DNA of 32,000 bases from Nitrosopumilus maritimus SCM1 (GTDB lineage Archaea > Thermoproteota > Nitrososphaeria > Nitrososphaerales > Nitrosopumilaceae). Positions 9,839 to 16,865 of the stretch are shown piece after piece. Location of the stretch: contig NC_010085.1 in assembly GCF_000018465.1 (NCBI RefSeq), forward strand, positions 1,020,001 through 1,052,000, in the 5' to 3' direction. Numbering within the stretch: position 1 is the stretch's first letter; each line of letters begins with the position of its first letter. A program made the translations under genes and the position numbers. The notes below the pieces were generated by a model. That model was given only the letters and a program-made list of their open reading frames with translations. It made no database searches and was not told the origin of the DNA.

Positions 9839-10519
9839 ATGACTAAAAAAATTCCTTCAGACAAAGAAATTTTAGATGATATGATAGATGTATTTGATCC
9901 TACATTACCAGTATTTACTCCGCTCTCTATTGTTTTAGCTGGCCTAGCTAGTCAAAAGTCTCCTTTACACGAAATTCCTGAACCTGACAAATGGAAAGAA
10001 AAGGCGAAAAGAGGATTGGGATTAACAGTTGTCAAACAAGGAAAGTTAACAGCTACTAGAGAAGGCAATTGTGTTGTAAGACGAGGAACTCACATTTTCA
10101 AGCACAGATTACATTCCATATGTGAGCCTCACAGTACTGTGATTATTGTTGAAAAATCATCTTCAGAACCTGCAGGAGGAGGAGCAACAATACTAGGAAG
10201 TGGAGGCAGTGTCACTACTGCAAATACCATTTACCGAGTTGCAAAATACGACATTGGTACATTATACAGATATGAGTTTAGAGTAACAATTAAAGTAAAA
10301 TTAACAGTGTGTCCAGGCCAAGAGCCAACAAGCAAAAAAGAAGTTGTTGGTGGAGGCTGGTTCTTGGCAGGTGTTGTCTCACAGTCTATTTGTAAAAGAG
10401 AAATCATCGCTGATGGAATTGACAACCCAAATGACGCTAAGAAAGTTGCAGATAATAGTGCACCTAAGGGTTCGGGCATTAAAAGATCTCATTCAGGTCT
10501 TGGCTTAAAAGATCAATGA
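9839..10519 (+). CDS. Hypothetical protein (226 aa, Gly-rich central segment, no clear signal peptide)
   Basis: Long clean ORF. The antisense ORF 10231..10479 is judged spurious. I recognise no family. Confidence 0.5.
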   Translation: MTKKIPSDKEILDDMIDVFDPTLPVFTPLSIVLAGLASQKSPLHEIPEPDKWKEKAKRGLGLTVVKQGKLTATREGNCVVRRGTHIFKHRLHSICEPHSTVIIVEKSSSEPAGGGATILGSGGSVTTANTIYRVAKYDIGTLYRYEFRVTIKVKLTVCPGQEPTSKKEVVGGGWFLAGVVSQSICKREIIADGIDNPNDAKKVADNSAPKGSGIKRSHSGLGLKDQ

Positions 10520-10564
10520 TCTAGTTTTACATTTATGAGAAGACAGTGTAATTTTACATAATCT

Positions 10565-10593
10565 CAATTAGATTGTGCAAATGAATCTAATTG
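10565..10593. terminator. Hairpin CAATTAGATT-(9 nt)-AATCTAATTG between convergent genes (possible bidirectional terminator)
   Basis: 10-bp perfect stem. An alternative 8-bp pairing is TTGTGCAA (10573) with TTGCACAA (10591). It overlaps the stop codon of the ZnuA-like gene. Confidence 0.3.
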
Positions 10594-11531
10594 CACAAAG
10601 CATCTTTCAAATTAATGAGATTATTATCCATTCTTTCCATAAAGGTGCCATCTTCATCTCCAAACTCTAACGGAGACAACATCAGTACTTTGCTGCCAAT
10701 CTCATCAGCAATTACTTGAGACATTTTTGGATTTACTCCCTCTTCAGTAAATATGACATTGGCATTCAAGATTCTTGCCAAATCAATTACTTCCTGAATA
10801 TCCTGCGGACTGGGTTCGCTTAGAGGATCAATTGACTTTAAGACAGTATGTTGATTCAATCCATATTCTTGGGCAAAATATGAAAATGCATCATGAAATG
10901 CAAAGAAATCTTTCTTGCTGCATTGCGCCAATTCATTTCTGATTTTTTTATCCATAGAATCAAGCTCAAGTTTGTATGCATCAGCGTTATTTTGATAATA
11001 AATTTTATTTTGAGGATCGAATTCTATTAGCGCATCAGCAATATTTTGCACTTGTGTTTTAATTGTTATTGGATTAAGCCAGATATGAGGATCTGTCGTA
11101 AGTTCTTTTGATTTTGCACTAATTTGCAATCGGTAATCGGATTCAATATAGATTGGGTCTATACCGTTGCTAGTATCGATTACATTTACATCAGAATTGA
11201 TTTCAGCAACATCATCAATCCAAGTTTCAAATCCAAGACCATTAATTATTATCAGATCTGTTTCTTGTATTCTTTGAAGATCTTTTACTTGCGGCTCCCA
11301 ATCATGAGGCTCCGCTCCAGGATTAACTAATAATGAAACATTCACTTTATCTTTGCCCACTTTTTTTGTAAACTCCTCAATGGGATAAAATGAGGCCAAT
11401 ACATTGATTTTTTGTATTTCTAAATCAGAGTCAGGTAGTTCTGCAGGAGAGTCAACATTCCATAAAGCAAACGACATAACAGGAACAATCACTCCAAATG
11501 CGACAAGTATTATTTTGATTTGATTATTCAC
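10587..11531 (-). CDS. Periplasmic-type metal (Zn/Mn-class) ABC substrate-binding protein, ZnuA/TroA family, with no adjacent permease or ATPase
   Basis: N-terminal membrane anchor. Family motifs are EPHDWEP, DPHIWLNP and FHDAFSYFAQEYGL. GTG start. Confidence 0.85.
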   Translation of the reverse strand: MNNQIKIILVAFGVIVPVMSFALWNVDSPAELPDSDLEIQKINVLASFYPIEEFTKKVGKDKVNVSLLVNPGAEPHDWEPQVKDLQRIQETDLIIINGLGFETWIDDVAEINSDVNVIDTSNGIDPIYIESDYRLQISAKSKELTTDPHIWLNPITIKTQVQNIADALIEFDPQNKIYYQNNADAYKLELDSMDKKIRNELAQCSKKDFFAFHDAFSYFAQEYGLNQHTVLKSIDPLSEPSPQDIQEVIDLARILNANVIFTEEGVNPKMSQVIADEIGSKVLMLSPLEFGDEDGTFMERMDNNLINLKDALCN

Positions 11532-11569
11532 CTTGATTCAATAAAAAATAACATATTTAATTACGAGAC

Positions 11570-11583
11570 ATTACATTTGTAAA
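11570..11583. promoter_or_regulatory. Palindrome copy attacatttgtaaa (2 mismatches)
   Basis: 39 nt upstream of the GTG start (11531) of the ZnuA-like gene. An AT-rich TATA-like stretch lies between them. Confidence 0.65.
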
Positions 11584-11641
11584 ATTCCATTACTAAAATA
11601 ACATCGTAGTTCATGGCGTCTTTTTTTCAAATATGAAATAA

Positions 11642-11776
11642 CTATTTTGTAGAGTTTGACTTTTGATGTAATTTACATTTTTTTGAATTTTTATGCCTTT
11701 GTTTGAAATATTTTTCACCCATAGAATAACCACATTCAGGACAAGTAATCTTTTTGATTTTTTTATATATCGCCAT
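11642..11776 (-). CDS. Possible small zinc-finger protein (44 aa), below the ORF-track cutoff
   Basis: Hand translation gives MAIYKKIKKITCPECGYSMGEKYFKQRHKNSKKCKLHQKSNSTK. The C-x2-C-x12-H-x5-C-x2-H spacing is C2H2/C2HC-like. The ORF is short and the region is AT-rich, so it could be a chance ORF. Confidence 0.3.
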   Translation of the reverse strand: MAIYKKIKKITCPECGYSMGEKYFKQRHKNSKKCKLHQKSNSTK

Positions 11777-11845
11777 AAGATTGGATACATGTATTCATTT
11801 TTTCGTTCATGAAATAATTTCCTAAATCATGTAGTAGATAAAAAA

Positions 11846-13105
11846 CTAAATTCTCTTTTTGATTTGCCATACAACAACAGCAGGTGCTGCAATATACATT
11901 GCCAAGTTAAGTGCAATAACAGATATTCCCAATCCTAAAACTTCTGCTTCTGAACCATCTTCAGCCAATGTCATAATAGACAATGTTGAAATCATTGGTG
12001 TGATGAATGCTCGTACAGATTCTTTAAACATTGGGTTTTCTCGTTCCAGATCAGCAATTGTTGGTGAGAATGAATAATACAATTGGTTAAAACCAGTCAT
12101 AAAGGATGCACCAGATGCCGTACTCATTACAGTGTTATCTCGAATTTCTCTTAAGAATTGAACTTGTGGTGCCAGTTCTGTTCCATATGCTGCTGTTGCA
12201 ATCAAACACCCACCACCACTAGACTCTGCTTCATCAGATGTTGTTTCCATCACAGAATCATCTGCCATCATAGTTTCTTGTTCCATCATAGAGTCATCTT
12301 TCATCATGTCTTCTTCCATCATAGATTTTTGTGGAGGGATTTCTTCATAATCAATTTGAACGTCAACTACGAACTGATTTGTATTAAAAGTATGAACGGC
12401 TAGAGCATTTCCAGAAAAATCCCATTCGCCAGAAGAAGATTCTTGATCAACTAGGGTCAACTCAAATTTAGTCTTACCGTCAGGAGTCCAAATTTTTCCA
12501 GCAGTTTCATCAGATCCAAGTGGACCCCTCAAACTTACAAGTTGAATAGGTTCAGATGCATCATATCTTAATGTTCCAGCATAGGTATTCTCGCTTGGAG
12601 CCAACAAAATTGCTAGTTGATGCTCTTCATGGCCAACGCCAGGATCTTGCATTGATTCAAATCTGTCCCAACCAAACATTTCAGCCTTCATGGGTTGCTC
12701 CATCACATCATCCTCCTCTGCAGATACTTCTTGAACAATTATTGTTCCCAACATCCAAGGATGAACCATACAATAATAATCATATTCACCAACTTCATCT
12801 GGACTCCATTCAAATGAATTTCCAGTCATCAACAAACTACTATCAAAGATACCATCAGGTCCATCTTCAGGATTTCCTGAAGTGTATGTGTGTCCTGCAG
12901 TGTCAGTGTTTGACATGATTACAACACCGCCAACATCAACTGTTGCAGTACTTGGAATGTAACATCCATCTGCAGTTTTTTCACAACCAGGTGAGCCAGA
13001 ACCATCTGCAGGTACAACTGTAACTTCTGAATGATCTGCAAAAGCAGGAGATAAAGAAATGATACTAAACAACATTAAAACTGAAAAGATTGCTAGCGTT
13101 TTCAC
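11846..13105 (-). CDS. Exported type-1 (blue) copper protein, plastocyanin/cupredoxin domain, with a Met-rich acidic linker and a C-terminal Cys-box plus membrane-helix module
   Basis: Cupredoxin ligand block YYCMVHPWMLGTI plus an upstream GH. Linker MMEEDMMKDDSMMEQETMMADDSVME. C-terminal GGGCLIATAAYGTELAPQVQFLREIRDN followed by hydrophobic helices. I moved the start from 13210 to the GTG at 13105, which gives the signal peptide (M)KTLAIFSVLMLFSIISLSPAFA. The ORF-track N-terminus would contain the palindrome at 13158. Confidence 0.8.
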   Translation of the reverse strand: MKTLAIFSVLMLFSIISLSPAFADHSEVTVVPADGSGSPGCEKTADGCYIPSTATVDVGGVVIMSNTDTAGHTYTSGNPEDGPDGIFDSSLLMTGNSFEWSPDEVGEYDYYCMVHPWMLGTIIVQEVSAEEDDVMEQPMKAEMFGWDRFESMQDPGVGHEEHQLAILLAPSENTYAGTLRYDASEPIQLVSLRGPLGSDETAGKIWTPDGKTKFELTLVDQESSSGEWDFSGNALAVHTFNTNQFVVDVQIDYEEIPPQKSMMEEDMMKDDSMMEQETMMADDSVMETTSDEAESSGGGCLIATAAYGTELAPQVQFLREIRDNTVMSTASGASFMTGFNQLYYSFSPTIADLERENPMFKESVRAFITPMISTLSIMTLAEDGSEAEVLGLGISVIALNLAMYIAAPAVVVWQIKKRI

Positions 13106-13157
13106 AAGGTGTTGTAAATTATTACAACATAAAAACTTTAAATTTTTTTCAAGCAAC

Positions 13158-13171
13158 TTTACATTTGTAAA
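13158..13171. promoter_or_regulatory. Palindrome copy tttacatttgtaaa (1 mismatch)
   Basis: 53 nt upstream of the revised GTG start (13105) of the blue copper protein. Confidence 0.65.
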
Positions 13172-13352
13172 ATTTGCAGAGGATTTCTCCTCTACAAATA
13201 ACGAAGACATATAGCATAAAGCTATACTGACATACTGTAATCATAATCAAATATAAAATTTCATTGAGAAAAACAATCTTAAAAAAAATCAAAAAGAAAA
13301 AACATTCAAGTTTGTTTAACACATGTAAATAAAAATTAAAACTCATTAACAG

Positions 13353-13366
13353 TTTACAATTGTAAA
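13353..13366. promoter_or_regulatory. Palindrome copy tttacaattgtaaa (exact)
   Basis: Lies in the 355-bp gap between the blue copper gene and the 3' end of the ZIP gene. No convincing ORF lies next to it. Confidence 0.6.
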
Positions 13367-13564
13367 GAGTTCTACAACAATCAACAGTTATGTTTTGAAA
13401 AGAATTGTATTTTAATTCAGTGTGGAAAATAGATTTTTTCTTTTAAAGATTAACTTTGTTGGTAGAACATATTTTTTAAATTAAAATGAAATAGTGACAA
13501 GTTACATTCTAAAACAGATATTGTGCATGTTTAACAAAAATTATTCAATAAAATTTCCAGTACT

Positions 13565-14743
13565 CTAAACTAGAATACTTGTCAGATACATTACAAGCAT
13601 TCCTACTGCAAATCCAGATGCTACAGATGCACTGGAGAGATTTTTGTCACCTTCTTCTCGAATCCATTTTAGAACAGTAATAATGACTTGAAATATTGCG
13701 CCTGCGCCAACAGACAAAAAGACAACAGAGGTAAATGGAGAATATACAAATCCGCCAATCCAAGCGCCAAAAATTGCAGGTGCACCTGCAATCATGCCCA
13801 TTGCAGCAAGTTTCCCAATCATCAATTTTCCTCTAGACATAGGTGCAGCAATTGCAATTCCTTCAGTAGTATTATGAAGAGCAAATCCAACAATCAAAAA
13901 TGTACTAAATGCAATAGAACCCAAGCCTACTGCAGCACCTATTGCTAGTCCTTCACCAAAGTTATGTAGTCCTATTCCAATAGAAATCATCAAAGCAATT
14001 GCAACAGGTTTTGCAAGTTTTGAAGAACTTGCTCTTTGAACTAATTTTTCTCCAGTATAATACAATCCAAGAAATGAAAATGTGATAACAGTAGCAATAA
14101 GCAACATGCCATTAAAGCTACCAGCAAGATTTTCTTGAGAAACTTCTACTGCCTCCTCAATAGAATCAATTCCCAAAAATAACAACAATCCTGCAGTCAA
14201 TGCCAAAAAAAAGTGGTATTTCTGCTTGCTAATTTTTTTGATAAAGGGTAACCAAAGTAAACCGATCATCACAGGGATAATTCCAACATAAGTTCCAATA
14301 ATAGCAAAAAATGCAGCGAGTTCAATTGTTGGTTCTAATGCAGGAGCCGCAGCTTCAATCTCTTTTTCAAATCTAGTTCCATCTTCAATGGTGATTCCTA
14401 CAATGTAAGGCTCTGCTTCATTCCATTCAAAAGGAATTCTTACCAAAGCTGTCTCATACCTGTTTAGATATCTATCAGGTTCGACTGCAGCAGGTTGTAT
14501 CCTGTCATTAACATCGGCCATTGCAACTTCAACTGGAATTGGTCCAGTATTTCTGACTGTGATTTGTATTTCAGATTCTACAAAATCTACCCTCTCCATT
14601 GTAATTTCAGGTAAAGGTATTCCCAAATCAAGCAGGTCTGCACCAGGACCAAAAATGTATGCAATCATAATTACCAAAAATGCAAATGGGATAATGCCAC
14701 TTGCAACTATCTTTACTTTGGATGATTTGTTACTAAGTTCCAT
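13565..14743 (-). CDS. ZIP-family divalent metal transporter (ZupT/GufA-like) with an N-terminal extracytoplasmic extension
   Basis: ZIP signatures GLHNFGEGLAIG and ALHNTTEGIAIA sit in transmembrane helices. It overlaps the upstream MCO gene by 11 nt, indicating an operon. Confidence 0.85.
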   Translation of the reverse strand: MELSNKSSKVKIVASGIIPFAFLVIMIAYIFGPGADLLDLGIPLPEITMERVDFVESEIQITVRNTGPIPVEVAMADVNDRIQPAAVEPDRYLNRYETALVRIPFEWNEAEPYIVGITIEDGTRFEKEIEAAAPALEPTIELAAFFAIIGTYVGIIPVMIGLLWLPFIKKISKQKYHFFLALTAGLLLFLGIDSIEEAVEVSQENLAGSFNGMLLIATVITFSFLGLYYTGEKLVQRASSSKLAKPVAIALMISIGIGLHNFGEGLAIGAAVGLGSIAFSTFLIVGFALHNTTEGIAIAAPMSRGKLMIGKLAAMGMIAGAPAIFGAWIGGFVYSPFTSVVFLSVGAGAIFQVIITVLKWIREEGDKNLSSASVASGFAVGMLVMYLTSILV

Positions 14744-15791
14744 ATCCCTCGGAGTCTACATTATTTTCATCTTCATTTACCATGAATATTCCAACCCATC
14801 CTTTTTCAGAAAATTCCACTTTGTGCGCATGGAAAAGGTATTTTCCAGGATATTCATATTCAAATTCCATAATTCCACGCTCAGTCTGAGACAGTGTTAT
14901 CATGTCCGTGTAAAATGACGGCACAATGTCAGTTCCTGTCGGATAATATTTGTACAGATTTCCATGTAAGTGAAGATTGTTTATAGGATCAAATTCCACC
15001 ATGTTGACAACATAAACTCGAATCAATTCATTGGCATTGATTTGAATTGGATGATGTTGATAATAGAATGGAATGGTATTTGCAGCATAGAAATTATTTT
15101 CAGTGTCAAAATCAGTATCAAGACCGTTTAGAACCATAACCATTTCATCAGCTGGTGGACGTTCTTCTTTGGGATCTACAATGAATACTCCATACAAACC
15201 ATGAACAATGTGTTCTTCAAGTGGCATTACATGGCAGTGATAAGGATGAACGCCCACAGGACCTGCTTCAAACTCATAAACGAATTGTCCCCCGTTTCCA
15301 CCTACAGGTTCAAAAACACCATCCATTCCAGCAGGATGAATTCCATGAAAATGCATCGTGTGTTCTTTTTCTCCGTTATTGATGAACTTGATTCGAACAA
15401 CATCTCCTTCTGTTGCTCTTATTGTTGGTCCTGGAACTGTTCCATTAAATGTCCAAACATTGTAAAATATTCCAGGCGATACTTCCATTATTTCATCATC
15501 ATTAGCAATTATCGTGTATTCGCGCAGAGTTGTGCCATCATCTAATTGTAAAATACGACCATAATTGAAATCTCGCAGATATTCCATAGGATCAAACTCT
15601 ACTGTTGCACTAGTATACAGAGGATCCAGTACTTCTCCAGTTGTTTTTACCACAGCGCCAGTATGTGTGACAAAAGTATTCTCTTCTTGTTGAGCATCAA
15701 TTCCCTCAGGAAATGCGGTAAAGAGTACAGAGATGGTTCCAACTGCAATTAGTAATATCAACATAATTCCTGAACGTGATTTTATCATCAA
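14733..15791 (-). CDS. Two-domain multicopper oxidase (NirK-like / small MCO), exported
   Basis: Signal anchor. Copper-ligand motifs are HTMHFHGIH, HPYHCHVMPLEEHIVHGLYG, NLHLHGN and FHAH. Confidence 0.8.
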   Translation of the reverse strand: MMIKSRSGIMLILLIAVGTISVLFTAFPEGIDAQQEENTFVTHTGAVVKTTGEVLDPLYTSATVEFDPMEYLRDFNYGRILQLDDGTTLREYTIIANDDEIMEVSPGIFYNVWTFNGTVPGPTIRATEGDVVRIKFINNGEKEHTMHFHGIHPAGMDGVFEPVGGNGGQFVYEFEAGPVGVHPYHCHVMPLEEHIVHGLYGVFIVDPKEERPPADEMVMVLNGLDTDFDTENNFYAANTIPFYYQHHPIQINANELIRVYVVNMVEFDPINNLHLHGNLYKYYPTGTDIVPSFYTDMITLSQTERGIMEFEYEYPGKYLFHAHKVEFSEKGWVGIFMVNEDENNVDSEGYGT

Positions 15792-15813
15792 AATTACAAA
15801 AAAATCTAATAAT

Positions 15814-15839
15814 ATAAAGTTAGCCTAGGCTAACTTTAT
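15814..15839. promoter_or_regulatory. 26-bp perfect palindrome ATAAAGTTAGCCTAGGCTAACTTTAT, a putative DtxR-family operator
   Basis: Lies 23-48 nt upstream of the MCO start (15791) and just downstream of the DtxR-family gene. The TTAGC/GCTAA half-sites resemble the DtxR/IdeR box. TATTAGCT direct repeats follow at 15837 and 15856. Confidence 0.6.
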
Positions 15840-15936
15840 TAGCTCAAGGCAATATTATTAGCTTGACGCAAATCTAAAAACAATGCCACAAAAATCAAAA
15901 AAATTGAATTTCTGAAATTCAGATTCATAGAAAATT

Positions 15937-16431
15937 TCATTTGTTAAATAAAACAAGTAAATCAGGATTGGATTTTAGAAAAGTGGTAAATTTTCTTAGT
16001 TGTTTCATAGTTTTTGGGTTTATGTGATGCTCTATTCCCTCTGCATCCTTGTTTGCAATGGATCTATCCACTCCAATAATTTCAAAAAAGTTCAACAATT
16101 CACTGTGTTTTTGGCGTATGTCATTTGCAATACTGATTCCTTTGGCAGTTAGTTTTATTCCACGATACTTGGCATATTCCAGACAGCCAGCAGAATCTAA
16201 TTTCTGTAGCATTTTAGTTACGCTAGGTGGACGAACTCCCATATAGTTTGAAATGTCAGTAGGAGATGCGTGTCCTTTTAATTCAACCAATTCATAGATC
16301 ACTTCAAGATAGTCTTCCATAGTTGTAGTAAACGAATTTTTTTGGCTATGTGCTTTTTTGATTGATTCTAGTCTTTTTTCTTTTTTAACAGAAGGTTTCT
16401 CTTTTTGTTTGCCAGTCATTTTATTGCTCAC
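15937..16431 (-). CDS. DtxR/MntR-family metal-dependent transcriptional repressor
   Basis: MEDYLEVIYEL...ISNYMGVRPPSVTKMLQKL is a winged HTH, and the metal-site region includes EGIEHH. The Lys-rich 37-aa N-terminal extension may be an over-call. An alternative ATG lies at 16320. Confidence 0.85.
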   Translation of the reverse strand: MSNKMTGKQKEKPSVKKEKRLESIKKAHSQKNSFTTTMEDYLEVIYELVELKGHASPTDISNYMGVRPPSVTKMLQKLDSAGCLEYAKYRGIKLTAKGISIANDIRQKHSELLNFFEIIGVDRSIANKDAEGIEHHINPKTMKQLRKFTTFLKSNPDLLVLFNK

Positions 16432-16517
16432 AAATTTTTTTCATGTCTAGTTTTTATGTTTTTGAAAATAGTTTTTTTGAAGAAGGATAATGTTTTAATC
16501 AATATATCAACACCGAT

Positions 16518-16739
16518 TTAAACAACTAAGATTCCGCTGATAAAGTCAACAAAAGATATTATCACATGCTCAAAATCATGTAAGAAGAATTCTTCTTGAA
16601 AATTTTCATCATCCATATTATGGGAATGGGAATTCATAAGTTCCGGAGTTGCATGAGGATGAGCCTCAACCATAGAAACCATCCCAATAGCAAATACAAG
16701 AAGGAACAAAAATGTAGGGATAATTAAAGATTTCAACAT
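16518..16739 (-). CDS. Small exported His-rich protein (73 aa)
   Basis: Signal peptide ending VEA, then HPHATPELMNSHSHNMDD...HDFEH and a hydrophobic C-terminus. The palindrome lies 58 nt upstream. Confidence 0.45.
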   Translation of the reverse strand: MLKSLIIPTFLFLLVFAIGMVSMVEAHPHATPELMNSHSHNMDDENFQEEFFLHDFEHVIISFVDFISGILVV

Positions 16740-16796
16740 GTTTTTTTCTTATCAATTACATTTTAACTTTTGAATATTGAATTTGTTTGAATCACA

Positions 16797-16810
16797 TTTA
16801 CAATTGTAAA
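16797..16810. promoter_or_regulatory. Palindrome copy tttacaattgtaaa (exact), shared by divergent genes
   Basis: 58 nt from the start of the His-rich peptide gene (16739, -) and 56 nt from the Kelch gene start (16866, +). Confidence 0.7.
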
Positions 16811-16865
16811 GTAAAACTTTGTTTCAAAAGCAATTCTTTAATCAAATTAAATGAAACAAAATTAA

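Noticed and set aside
13106-13346. The N-terminal 35 codons of the blue copper ORF and the 65-aa ORF 13149..13346
   Set aside because: Both would place the conserved intergenic palindrome (13158) inside coding sequence. The downstream GTG gives a proper signal peptide, and the 65-aa ORF is F/L/I low-complexity typical of AT-rich noise.
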